64,000 bases of DNA from Deltaproteobacteria bacterium. Lineage in GTDB: Bacteria; Myxococcota_A; Polyangia; Fen-1088. The stretch's first letter is position 1; each line of letters starts with the position of its first letter. The stretch covers positions 1,888 through 65,887 of the forward strand of contig JAWXBF010000013.1 of NCBI GenBank assembly GCA_034439895.1, in the 5' to 3' direction. Both the position numbers and the translations under genes were made by a program. Positions 8,873 through 18,371 of this stretch are shown piece by piece. Below the pieces are notes generated by a model. The model had not been told where the DNA came from. It searched no databases and saw only the letters and a list, made by a program, of their open reading frames with translations.

Positions 8873-10779
8873 GATCCGGCAGGCGCATCGGTGGAGATCC
8901 CGTCGAGCGTTTCACGCACCAGTCGCGCAAGGGCCTCCGCACCAAAGGGTTTGTGCAGCAGCCGAAACCGGTTGCGCTCGATGATTGCCATGGCGTCGCC
9001 CTCGGCAAATCCAGAAATTAGAACGATCCGCAGTTCGGCATTTGTCATCCGAAGCTCTTCGGCGAAGCTTGCGCCGTTGCCATCGGGCAGGCGAATGTCG
9101 GACAGCAGCATCGCAAACTTCCGGCGACCATACAGGTCTCGGGCTTCGGTAACCGATCCAGCCGCTTCGACTGTGTAGCCGTGGTCTTCAAGGATGCGCC
9201 TGGTGAGGCGACGAACGGCCGGCTCGTCTTCGAGCAACAAGATCGCTTCGGTCCCACCCGCTGAGCTTTGCGAACGCGGAGCACCGACCAGCGTCGATAG
9301 CCGAGTGGTCGTCGGAAGGTAGATCGTGAACGTCGAGCCGATGCCAGCTTGACTTGTGACACGAATGGCGCCGCCCGCCTGGGTCACAATGCCATGGCAA
9401 GTCGCAAGGCCCAATCCACTGCCCTCGATCGGGCCCTTGGTCGTGAAGAACGGCTCGAAGATGCGAGCCATGATCTCGGGAGGAATGCCGCTGCCGGTGT
9501 CACTTACCTCGATGACCACAAAGGATTCCCCCTTGATCTCGTCGTGGCGCCCGTCTCGTTGTTCGCCCGGGCGAACGCAGATCCGCAAATCGCCTCCGTC
9601 AGGCATTGCAGCTTGAGCATTGAGGGTGAGGTTCAAGAGCACCAGTTGTAGTTGAGCCACATCCAATTCAACCGGGGCTGTTGCCGATGAAACATCAACG
9701 TCAAGCCTCACCCGTTCACCGGCGGCCCGCGCAAGGATCGTTTGGCACTGTGCGACGGCCGCATTGAGCGAAACCACCTGAGCGTTGGTCGGAACCTTCC
9801 GGCCGAAGGTGAGCAGCGTCCGGGTCAGTTCAGATGCGCGTTTGCAAGACGTCCTTACGTCCTCGGCAAGGTCCATTGCGTCTTCCGACCTGGCAAAAGC
9901 TGGGCGCATCAACTCGACCGAGGCGGAGATCACAAAAAGAATGTTGTTAAAGTCGTGTGCAACGCTTCCCGCCAACCGTGCAAGGGCTTCCATGCGTTGC
10001 GCGTGGTTCAGTTTTTCTTCAAGTTTCTTGCGCTCGGTGATATCCTGGACGCCGCCTGTCATACGAATCAGAACGCCGTCTTTGAGCTCGGGTCGTACGT
10101 GATCGCGTAACCAGCGGATCTCGCCGTCGGGACCGACAATGCGGTATTCGGCGACCATGGGCTTGCCTGCTGCAACCCCGGCGTATACCGGACCCAGTGT
10201 CGGAAGATCATCGGGATGGATGATGCTGGTCCACCCGCCTTTTTGGGCGACCTGAAGGGCGGTGTATCCGGTGGCACGTTCAAAGGAGCCGGCGACGATT
10301 GAGGGCGCAAGTGGTGTGCCTTCGCGGACCTCGGCGACGTAGATGTAGTCTGACGCAAGTTCTGTAAAAATACGAAACTGAGCTGCCTGCAGTTCAACGG
10401 CCTTTTGGTGTGAAATATCCATCGCCGTACCAGCGAGGCGCAGCGGACTGCCTTGTCCATCGCTTTCCACGCGACCCTTGCCTCCAATCCAGCGGACAGA
10501 ACCGTCCGGTTTCAGAATGCGATGTTCGATGGAAAAAGATTGCAACCGAGTTGCGAGTGCCTCCTCGATGGCTTTCTGAACGGCGTCTCGATCTTCCGGG
10601 TGCAACAGAGCCGAGAATTCGGCAACGTTCTTTGGGAAGGCAGACACGGGTACCCCAAACAGGAGACCCATCTCAAGCGACCAGTTGACCCTATCGCTGG
10701 CAATTTCCCATTGCCAAACCCCGACCCCTGCACCCTGGACAGCCCATCGAAGCTGTTCGAGCGTAAATTCCGCTTCCAT
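8866..10779 (-). CDS. Hybrid sensor histidine kinase/response regulator with PAS domains
   Basis: PAS-like N-terminal segments. H-box SVAHDFNNILFVI. HATPase (DTGSGIPPEIMARIFEPFFTTK...GSGLGLA). C-terminal receiver (ILLLEDEPAVRRL...LSDIRLPDGNG). Confidence 0.85.
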   Translation of the reverse strand: MEAEFTLEQLRWAVQGAGVGVWQWEIASDRVNWSLEMGLLFGVPVSAFPKNVAEFSALLHPEDRDAVQKAIEEALATRLQSFSIEHRILKPDGSVRWIGGKGRVESDGQGSPLRLAGTAMDISHQKAVELQAAQFRIFTELASDYIYVAEVREGTPLAPSIVAGSFERATGYTALQVAQKGGWTSIIHPDDLPTLGPVYAGVAAGKPMVAEYRIVGPDGEIRWLRDHVRPELKDGVLIRMTGGVQDITERKKLEEKLNHAQRMEALARLAGSVAHDFNNILFVISASVELMRPAFARSEDAMDLAEDVRTSCKRASELTRTLLTFGRKVPTNAQVVSLNAAVAQCQTILARAAGERVRLDVDVSSATAPVELDVAQLQLVLLNLTLNAQAAMPDGGDLRICVRPGEQRDGRHDEIKGESFVVIEVSDTGSGIPPEIMARIFEPFFTTKGPIEGSGLGLATCHGIVTQAGGAIRVTSQAGIGSTFTIYLPTTTRLSTLVGAPRSQSSAGGTEAILLLEDEPAVRRLTRRILEDHGYTVEAAGSVTEARDLYGRRKFAMLLSDIRLPDGNGASFAEELRMTNAELRIVLISGFAEGDAMAIIERNRFRLLHKPFGAEALARLVRETLDGISTDAPAGSY

Positions 10780-10885
10780 TGCGGCCCCATATTAACAACA
10801 TATGACCGAAATCCACCATGCACTTTGCGCCGAGATCGATCGAATGGCCAATTTGAACAACGACACTCTCGTGTAATGTAGAGCA

Positions 10886-12238
10886 ATGCGTCTTTCAACC
10901 CTACTCCGGCCGGACATTGAGGATGTCCTGCGCAACAACCCGGAGGAGGCGGCAGCCGTGGCGGAGGAGCTCCCGCCGGCAGATCTGGCGGAGACAATCG
11001 AGTCGCTCGATGACGGGCTGGCGGTGCGCTGGCTGGGCATGTTGAGCCGTGACGTTGCGGTCAAGGCGCTGGACCACATGGACCCCACCCGCCGGGTCGA
11101 GCTGTTCTCGAAGCTTGACCGAGTTCTGGCAGCCGACCTCGCTGCCGACATGTCGTCGGACGATCGCGCGGACATGTTCCAGAATCTCGAGCCTGAGCTG
11201 CGGAGCGACGTCCTCGGTCGCATGCCGGGGGCGGAATCCCGCGACATCCGGGATCTGATTCAATACCCGGAGAACACCGCCGGCGGCATCATGACCACGG
11301 ATTTCGTGGCGCTTTCCGCCGAATGGACCGTGGAAAAGGCGATCGAAGAGATCCGCCGCACGGCCGAAGAAACGGAAACCGTCTACGAGGTCTTCGCCGT
11401 GGATCCTTATGGCACCCTGGTTGGGTCGGTTTCGTTGCGCGACCTTCTGTTCGCGCGCGGAGCCCAGCTGGTTTCCGCGATCATGAACTCGGATGCGGTT
11501 TCGGTTCCTGCAGAAAAGGATCAGGAAGAAGTCGCCCAGATTTTCCAGCGCTACGACTTGCTTGCATTGCCGGTCGTCGATTCAAAACGAAAGCTGCTTG
11601 GCATTGTCACGGTCGATGACGTGGTTGACGTCATCAAGGAAGAGCAAGCCGAAGACATCCAGAAACTTGGCGCTGTTCGGCCAACCGAGGGAACGTATTT
11701 TCAAACGGACTTCTATACGTTTCTTCGCAGCCGCGCGGTGTGGCTGATCGTTTTGTTCATTGGACAAACCTTCACGGTGGGTTTGCTCAAGCGTTATGAG
11801 GGTGTGGTCAGTGCGGCGACCTTCGTTGCGTTCTTCATTCCGCTCATCATTTCATCCGCGGGCAACACGGGAAATCAGGCCGCGTCTCTTGTGATCCGTG
11901 GGATGGCCCTGGGTGAATTTACCACGGGCGACGCGTTTCGAATCTTGTGGCGTGAGACGCGCATCGGGTTGGCGTTGGGTGGCATCCTCGCCATGATGGG
12001 GCTTATTACGTCGCTGGTGCTTGCAAGCGAAGGTGGGGCAGGGTTGGCATTTTCGGTGGCGATTTCCCTGGTGTCTTGTGTTACGATTGGTTCGGTAGCG
12101 GGAGCGGGGTTGCCGCTGTTTATCCGGCGCATCGGATTTGACCCGGCCCTTGCATCGGGGCCTTTCATTGCGTCGATGCTGGATGTGATTGGGATTGTGA
12201 TCTACGTGCAGACGGCGATCTGGTTGATGGGGCTTTAG
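10886..12238 (+). CDS. mgtE: Magnesium transporter MgtE
   Basis: N-terminal MgtE-N domain. Tandem CBS domains. TM domain with GNTGNQAASLVIRGMALGE and the MgtE pore helices. Confidence 0.9.
   Translation: MRLSTLLRPDIEDVLRNNPEEAAAVAEELPPADLAETIESLDDGLAVRWLGMLSRDVAVKALDHMDPTRRVELFSKLDRVLAADLAADMSSDDRADMFQNLEPELRSDVLGRMPGAESRDIRDLIQYPENTAGGIMTTDFVALSAEWTVEKAIEEIRRTAEETETVYEVFAVDPYGTLVGSVSLRDLLFARGAQLVSAIMNSDAVSVPAEKDQEEVAQIFQRYDLLALPVVDSKRKLLGIVTVDDVVDVIKEEQAEDIQKLGAVRPTEGTYFQTDFYTFLRSRAVWLIVLFIGQTFTVGLLKRYEGVVSAATFVAFFIPLIISSAGNTGNQAASLVIRGMALGEFTTGDAFRILWRETRIGLALGGILAMMGLITSLVLASEGGAGLAFSVAISLVSCVTIGSVAGAGLPLFIRRIGFDPALASGPFIASMLDVIGIVIYVQTAIWLMGL
12206..12235. repeat. Direct repeat copy A (3' terminus of mgtE)
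   Basis: gtgcaGacggcgatctggTtgatggggctt, matching 13922..13951 at 28/30 positions. Confidence 0.7.
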
Positions 12239-12378
12239 GGGCGAGCAAGCCGCTACCGTTTATTACGGTGTGAATACCGCTCAACCGGTGACAGTGCGAA
12301 TTCTGCGCCTTGGCGCGGAATAAGGTGGCTAACCGAGGTCTGCTTTGGGTTAGTCTCGGGGCAGGGAACGGAGTGTTG

Positions 12379-13899
12379 ATGAAATTTCGGTCGCTATTGG
12401 TTAGTCCGGTGTTGTTCGCGCTGTTGTTTGCATGCTCGGACAGAGTGGCGCTCGACCTCCAGCCGAACGGAGGCACAGTCCCGACCGATTTTCCGAACGG
12501 GGGCGACATCGGCGTGATGGTTCCAGGACCTACCGGCGGAACCGGCGGCGGCGTGGTAGGCGGGACTGGCTCGGGTCCAACCGGTGGAACCAACGGCGGT
12601 GGTATCACCGTGGAACCAGGTTTTATAGATTTCGGTTTGGTCGCCGTGGGGTCTCAGATCTCGCGCTCGTTCACCATTCGCAATACAGGGTCCACGCCGC
12701 TCGCCCCGCTTGAGCTTCTATTTGGAGCCAATGCGACCCAATTCAGCCTAACAGACAATTGTGTCATCCCGCTCGCGCCTTACGTGTCGTGTGTGGTTTC
12801 GGTTTGGCTTACACCCACCGCTCCCGGCGTGGTGACTACAACGTTGACCGTGTCGTCGGCGACCGCGTCGTTTGTGGTGAAGCTATTCGGCTCCAGCGGC
12901 GGTCCGCCCTCGATCGCGTTGTCACCGAGCAGCCACGCGTTCGGAAACGTCGATCTGAATGCCACCAGCTTGCCGTCGTGGCAGTTCACCGTCACTGCGA
13001 CAGGAGGCACGCCCGGGACATATACCGGTGCTTTGTCGCTCACGATTCCAACCGGATTCAAGGTTGGGAAGGATACCTGTACAGGCCAGTCGCTTTCGCG
13101 TAACGGGGGTTCGTGCACGTTGCTTGTGCTGTCCGACGGCCGACCCGGGGTTTACAACGGTACGTTACGTGTGACGTCCGCCATGGGTGGTGAGGCGCTC
13201 GCTACGCTTACCATGTTCGCTTCGGGCGGTATGGTGACAGGCATGATCGGACACTGGCAGTTTGATGAAGGCTTCGGTACGGTCGTCAAGGACAGCTCGG
13301 TCAATGCGAATCACGGAACGGTTCGCCAGGGATCAACGTCGTCGGCCGCATTGCACCCCGCGCCGGTATGGGAAAGCGGCAAGAAGGGCCGTGCGCTGCG
13401 CATCGACGGGCTCGACGATTGGGTTAACGTTCCCGATTCGGATAGTATCGACAACACCGGTATCAACAATCAGGTTTCGATTTCCGCCTGGATCAAACTG
13501 GACCGGTACAACTCGCGCAGGCCGTACAACGTTGTGGCTCAGCGTCACATGGTTGGCACCCGTGTTGAGCAGTTCTTCATGGGTCTCAACAATGGCGCAC
13601 CGGCTGTTGGTATCAGCTTCTTCTATGGCATTGGTATAACCAACGTTCCGCTGAACGAGTGGGTGCACATGGCGATGACTTACGACGGCATCCAATAGTG
13701 CGGCTACATGAACGGCGTCGTGTTCGTCTGTCAGGACGTGGGCTGGCCTACCGCAACCGACAAAACGCCCTTCACCATGGGTGCTGGCATCGCCGTAGAA
13801 GATATCGACGAGCATATGGTTGGCCTCATCGACGAGGTCCGCCTGTACGACATCCAACTGTCGCCAGCGCAAATAGCCGGCTTGTACAACGCGCCCTAG
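12379..13899 (+). pseudogene. Lipoprotein with ASH/'choice-of-anchor' beta-sandwich and C-terminal LamG (concanavalin-like) domain, interrupted by an in-frame TAG at 13696-13698
   Basis: Lipobox LLFAC. Gly-rich linker. ...TYDGIQ*CGYMNGVVFV... then FTMGAGIAVEDIDEHMVGLIDEVRLYDIQLSPAQIAGLY fit the LamG consensus (TYDG..lrlYvNG....ftiGa...f.G.iDEvRiYnraLsaaEI). ORFs 12310..13698 and 13708..13899 are in the same frame, separated only by the TAG. Confidence 0.6.
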
Positions 13900-13921
13900 C
13901 CACGGCCGAATGCGATCTTGC

Positions 13922-13951
13922 GTGCAAACGGCGATCTGGCTGATGGGGCTT
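13922..13951. repeat. Direct repeat copy B (displaced degenerate copy of the mgtE 3' terminus)
   Basis: gtgcaAacggcgatctggCtgatggggctt, 23 nt after the LamG-gene stop. Matches 12206..12235. Confidence 0.7.
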
Positions 13952-14076
13952 CGATCTCCCGAAAGCACACAAAATCCATCTGTGTCACGCCGTGTTTAGC
14001 AGCCTCGGCCATTGCAATTCGAGTGGCCTCATCAACGGAAAGGCGGGTCACGGGGCTTTTTTCCTGGCTCGACACC

Positions 14077-14457
14077 TTATATCCGATGACCGCCGTCCAG
14101 CTTCCCCAACCGTTTATCAAACGTTCCGAGCGGAAGATGGCCAGCTTTCCGAGCCACCTCAAGAACTAGACAATCGGTGAACCCGAGGGAGGGGTGCTTT
14201 TTGAACGATTCGAGTGCGGACCCCACGACGTCGGCGTCCTGGAGTATCAGGTTTTTATGCAGCAATAGCATCTCGATTGCCCTGACAAGCTGAGTCGAGC
14301 TTAGGTCGTACACACTACTCAACACCCAGCCCGTCTCCTGTAGCACAAGGAGCGAAACCCAGGCGCCTCCTTTGATGAAGTCATCGGCCGCGGCAGACTG
14401 CTTTTCATCGTCCCTCGTGAGCAATCGGACGAGGACGTTGGTGTCAACGGCGCGCAT
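14077..14457 (-). CDS. vapC: PIN-domain toxin VapC
   Basis: MRAVDTNVLVRLLTRDD... is the N-terminal PIN acidic motif. 126 aa. Overlaps the upstream antitoxin by 14 nt. Confidence 0.8.
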   Translation of the reverse strand: MRAVDTNVLVRLLTRDDEKQSAAADDFIKGGAWVSLLVLQETGWVLSSVYDLSSTQLVRAIEMLLLHKNLILQDADVVGSALESFKKHPSLGFTDCLVLEVARKAGHLPLGTFDKRLGKLDGGHRI

Positions 14458-14704
14458 GTCGCTCCTTGATGTTGCGCTTGATCCCTTCCTTGAGTTCGGC
14501 GAGGGTCTTGGCCTTGGTGCCAGTCGGGAAGAGGGCTTTGTTTATTTCCTCCGAGCTGTACTGGCCCAACCGCCTCACCACGATCTTACCGTTCTCCTCG
14601 TCCCATTCGAGAACGGCGCCAGGGCCAACCCCAAGAATGCGCCGAACCTCGGCCGGAACGGAAATCTGACCTTGAGCAGTAACCTTCGATTTTGCAAGAG
14701 GCAT
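14444..14704 (-). CDS. vapB: AbrB/MazE/SpoVT-type antitoxin VapB
   Basis: MPLAKSKVTAQGQISVPAEVRRILGVGPGAVLEWDEENGKIVVRRL is a swapped-hairpin AbrB-like DNA-binding domain. Immediately 5' of vapC. Confidence 0.75.
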   Translation of the reverse strand: MPLAKSKVTAQGQISVPAEVRRILGVGPGAVLEWDEENGKIVVRRLGQYSSEEINKALFPTGTKAKTLAELKEGIKRNIKERHARR

Positions 14705-14996
14705 GGGACTACATTACCAGGGTAATGCGGAACGTGCAAACGGGCGGGTTCGACGGTAGCTTTTCGCCATGATTCTTTGTCCCCGGGCACAGTTCGAGTC
14801 CTGGTGGCGAGCGGGTGAACGATCAAGTCTATGTCCTTGCTCGCACAGTGGGGTATTGGCGCGCGCCTCCAAACCGAGCGCGATACAAAAGACGAAGCGG
14901 GGCTGAGCCTCCAACCCTCAGCGCTTGCCACCTGCCTGCTCTCCTTATGTCACGACGCAGATTTCGCACCGCGCCGCAAGCCCGCCGCCCGCCCAT

Positions 14997-15890
14997 TCAC
15001 GTCCCCGGAATCACGCGCTGAAACAACAGCGTCAACGCAAAACACCCCATCGCCATGAACGACAACGCCACCGTTCCACTGGCCGACAGAAACATCGCAT
15101 CCAGCAGGCTGATGCTGGCAATGAGCCATGGAACAGCAAAGCGCGGATTCGATTTGCGCTTACCAAGGCCAACCGCTGCCGCAACACCAATTGCGACTGC
15201 AACCGAGTACGCAAGGCTAACCGCCAGTCCCGCCAGCGAGATTTGCAACACGATTGCACCAAGCACAATCGGCACCAACATCAGCAACACTGGCCAGGTG
15301 CGACCCAGCGCGGCCTTGGTTTCGTGTTTCGCAATATAGGAAAGCCCGATCAAATGACAAAGCAACAGACCGGCCCCAATATACAGCAATGACTGGGGCG
15401 ACCCCGCTGTCCATCCCGCCGTGATGTAGACCGCCACGCGGCACAGTCCCATTAACAGCGGCGACAAAGCGTTCTTTTTGTGATGCAGATCGTAAGCCAG
15501 AATCAAACCCGTCAACGCGAGCGTCGCAAGGAAAGGGCGCCACGAAAAAAACATCCCAAGCCCCGACATCGTGCCCACAATCCCTACGCCCGCTGCCATC
15601 AAAACACCACCCAACACAAACACCGCCGTCGCCGAGATCAACCCCGCCGGAATCGGACGTTCCTTCCGGTGTTGAGCATCCCACCCCCGATCAAAGGCAT
15701 CGTTCAACACCATGCCGGCAACGTAAAGCAGCGACATCGCGATCGCCAGCGGAAGCAAAATTCGCAGATTAAGCGAGGCACCCGCAAGTGCAGCACCCGC
15801 AAATACGTTGGTCCACACCGTGGGCAGGTTTGAAACTCGCCCCAGTACCAGCACCGTTCGAAGGATCGATTGCGGCTTTGCGAGCGTCAT
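14997..15890 (-). CDS. UbiA-family aromatic prenyltransferase (EboC-like)
   Basis: Polytopic membrane protein. Asp-rich motif region LNDAFDRGWDAQHRKERPIPAGL (NDxxDxxxD-like). Start at MTLAKPQ, whose ATG overlaps the upstream stop as ATGA. Confidence 0.75.
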   Translation of the reverse strand: MTLAKPQSILRTVLVLGRVSNLPTVWTNVFAGAALAGASLNLRILLPLAIAMSLLYVAGMVLNDAFDRGWDAQHRKERPIPAGLISATAVFVLGGVLMAAGVGIVGTMSGLGMFFSWRPFLATLALTGLILAYDLHHKKNALSPLLMGLCRVAVYITAGWTAGSPQSLLYIGAGLLLCHLIGLSYIAKHETKAALGRTWPVLLMLVPIVLGAIVLQISLAGLAVSLAYSVAVAIGVAAAVGLGKRKSNPRFAVPWLIASISLLDAMFLSASGTVALSFMAMGCFALTLLFQRVIPGT

Positions 15891-17101
15891 CGTTGTTGTT
15901 CCACAACCCACTCCAGTTCGCGCGCGATCGCTTCGTCCACTGGCATGGCGCGGAGTTCGGCTGGCAACACGTCCCAGGTATAGGTCTCGACCTCAAGGTG
16001 TTGCGAAAGCGGTTCCCGATGGTGATGCGCCAGCAATTCGCGCACGAAATCGCCCGTGTTGTTGAACCCCGGACACAACCCCATCAAATTCGACTGAAAC
16101 AGAGGCACATGGAAATGAACTCGCCACCGTTCGTCACGCGGGCTCGGGTGTGCCGCCAGTGCTTCCGACAGATCCAGAAAACGTTGCAGACCACCCGCAG
16201 CATCCTGAATCACCGTTTGGTGTAGGTACACACCCTCCTCACCAAAACGTCGTAACACAGCAAGGCCTTCGGGCGAAGCCGGATAAAGCTCAAGGCCCGC
16301 CGTTATTTGCAATTTCAGGATCCGGACACCCGATTGGCGCACGCACGAAAGAATATCCGCGATCGACTCAAATTCGACTGCGGCGTGACAGGTATCCAGG
16401 CAGATACCGACGTGTCGCCGCAACGCAAGCTTTGCCTCGGCCAAAGATAGTCCCATTTGACCGGCCAGTGACTGCGCCGCTGCGTCTGAAAAAATCCACT
16501 CCGAAATGAAGTCGATCGCCTCGGCGTTGGTTTCCAGCAGACAATGCGGTTCAGGTTCAAGCGCGATTCCGATGATGGGTCCGCCCTCTTGGACGATTCC
16601 GACCAGGGTGGCAGCATGGCGGACGATGTTTTGCGCAATCGTCGCACGGACGCCCTCGCCATCGCGCAGGCGGAAACAACCAGGTACCGTGCTGATCGAG
16701 CCTTCAAGATCACCCGTTCTCGGCAGAAGGGCCGCCAGCAATCGCGCAAGTCTGTCGCTGTAGGTGACGCGTTCCTCCTCGGTCCAGTCCGGGCGGTAGA
16801 CCTGTTCCTTGACCGGTTGACCGTGAAAGGGGCCGTAGGGAAAGCCGTTGATCGTAAATACGTACATTCCCGACTCGGCGAGAAATTCGCGAAACGCCTG
16901 CAGCGTCGACGGTTCTTCCAGTTCAAGAGCCGCTTTTGCGGATAACCGCAATCCGATGCCGAAAGGGGCGTTCGGACTGACCCGCGCTTTCACGGAAACC
17001 GTGTGACGTTTCAGGTTGGCGAGGACCTCGGCCCAGCTTTCGCCCGGGTGGATGTTCGTGCAGTAGGTCAGATGACCCGCACGCGACCCCGCTTGCTTCA
17101 T
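15887..17101 (-). CDS. TIM-barrel sugar-phosphate isomerase/epimerase-like protein (EboE-like, xylose-isomerase-like fold)
   Basis: About 400 aa, HLTYCTNIHPGESWAEV... The size and the context between the DHQS-like and UbiA genes match EboE. Family assignment is by context and fold-level resemblance, not verified. ATGA overlap at both ends. Confidence 0.45.
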   Translation of the reverse strand: MKQAGSRAGHLTYCTNIHPGESWAEVLANLKRHTVSVKARVSPNAPFGIGLRLSAKAALELEEPSTLQAFREFLAESGMYVFTINGFPYGPFHGQPVKEQVYRPDWTEEERVTYSDRLARLLAALLPRTGDLEGSISTVPGCFRLRDGEGVRATIAQNIVRHAATLVGIVQEGGPIIGIALEPEPHCLLETNAEAIDFISEWIFSDAAAQSLAGQMGLSLAEAKLALRRHVGICLDTCHAAVEFESIADILSCVRQSGVRILKLQITAGLELYPASPEGLAVLRRFGEEGVYLHQTVIQDAAGGLQRFLDLSEALAAHPSPRDERWRVHFHVPLFQSNLMGLCPGFNNTGDFVRELLAHHHREPLSQHLEVETYTWDVLPAELRAMPVDEAIARELEWVVEQQR

Positions 17102-18345
17102 GCGCCAAGCGCCTCGCGCCGGGCGGAAGGCGCAACCGCGAGCTCCATTGCGCGATAGATCGCCTCGAAGCGTTCGACGGAAAGCGCGTGGACCTCGGTG
17201 CCCTTGCCGATGGCGGCCAGCATGGTGACGGTCAGATCTCCGCCCAGGTGCTCGCGGAAGTCCTCGATCCCAGCAAATACAGCGCGCTTGCCGTCAGGAC
17301 CTAACAACAACAGGGCTTCATGCCAGACGGGAAGTCCCAGCATACGCAACACGGCATCGATACGCACGGCGGCGGCCTCGGACAGTAGTCCAATCGCAGC
17401 CGAGTAACGACTGTCGGTGCCGATGCCAATGCCCACGGCCTCGCCGTGTCGCAATTCGTGGTGAGTCAACGATTCCAGCTTGTGAGCAGACCAATGTCCG
17501 AAATCCAGGGGCTTGGCACTGCCAAGCTCGAAAGGATCGCCGCCCTCTGCGATGTGTTGTAGATGCAGTTCGGCGCACCGTCGTACGAGATGTGCCACGG
17601 CTTCGGGTTGGCCGGTCGCGAGGGCGGGGGCGTTGCCCTCGATCCAGTCAAAAAACGCGGCATCCCGGATCAGGGCGACCTTGACTGCCTCGGCGTAGCC
17701 GGCGATTCGATCGCGTGCGGACAGCGTTGCCAGTAGATCAAAGTCGTTGATGACCGCAAAGGGTGGAAAAAATGTTCCGAGGTAATTCTTGGCGCCAAAG
17801 GCATTGACCCCGTTTTTGACCCCGACACCGGAATCGTTCTGGGACAGCACCGTGGTCGGCATGCGAACGGTGCGGACGCCGCGATGAATGGCTGCGGCTG
17901 CGTATCCAACCGCGTCGAGTACCGCGCCCCCACCCACGATCACCACGAACGACTGCCGATCGATTCGGTGCTCGAAAAAGGTGGTGTGCAACTTTGCGAG
18001 CAAGGTCGGATCGTTTTTGCAGGCTTCGCCGCCCGGAAACGACAGGGGAGCCGTGACCAGTTCGAGACGATCGGCGTGGGAACGGAAGTAGTTCTCGATG
18101 GCGCCCGTCAAATCCGGGTTCAGTTCAAGGACGCCGGCATCCACGATCACGATCGCGCGATGTCGGCGCTTTGGCTCAAGCGCCGTCAAGGTACGGACCA
18201 GCGACGGATTCGCGGGATCAAACGCGCCGCGCGTAAAACACACGTCGTAGCCGAAGGGCACCGCGAACTGCTGGCGGAGCGTGCCGGTCGAGTCCATTCG
18301 TTCATAGATAACATGTGACAGCCTGGGAGCCTTCGTCCCGAACAA
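17098..18345 (-). CDS. 3-dehydroquinate-synthase-like sugar phosphate cyclase (EboD-like)
   Basis: DHQS-family motifs VIVGGGAVLDAVGYAAA, GVRTVRMPTTVLSQNDSGVGVKNGVN and metal-binding H..E....H region. 415 aa. Confidence 0.7.
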   Translation of the reverse strand: MFGTKAPRLSHVIYERMDSTGTLRQQFAVPFGYDVCFTRGAFDPANPSLVRTLTALEPKRRHRAIVIVDAGVLELNPDLTGAIENYFRSHADRLELVTAPLSFPGGEACKNDPTLLAKLHTTFFEHRIDRQSFVVIVGGGAVLDAVGYAAAAIHRGVRTVRMPTTVLSQNDSGVGVKNGVNAFGAKNYLGTFFPPFAVINDFDLLATLSARDRIAGYAEAVKVALIRDAAFFDWIEGNAPALATGQPEAVAHLVRRCAELHLQHIAEGGDPFELGSAKPLDFGHWSAHKLESLTHHELRHGEAVGIGIGTDSRYSAAIGLLSEAAAVRIDAVLRMLGLPVWHEALLLLGPDGKRAVFAGIEDFREHLGGDLTVTMLAAIGKGTEVHALSVERFEAIYRAMELAVAPSARREALGA

Positions 18346-18371
18346 CCTTTTCTTCCGATCGCCGATAACCG

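Noticed and set aside
10780-10885. Possible Mg2+ riboswitch (M-box) upstream of mgtE
   Set aside because: The spacer is only ~106 nt and lacks the multi-helix M-box architecture and conserved motifs. It is mostly a divergent promoter region shared with the histidine kinase gene.
13896-14169. Overlapping small ORFs (minus 13896..14162, plus 13918..14169) between the LamG gene and vapC
   Set aside because: They cover the displaced direct-repeat copy and overlap the 3' end of vapC. No motifs. More likely non-coding scar sequence.
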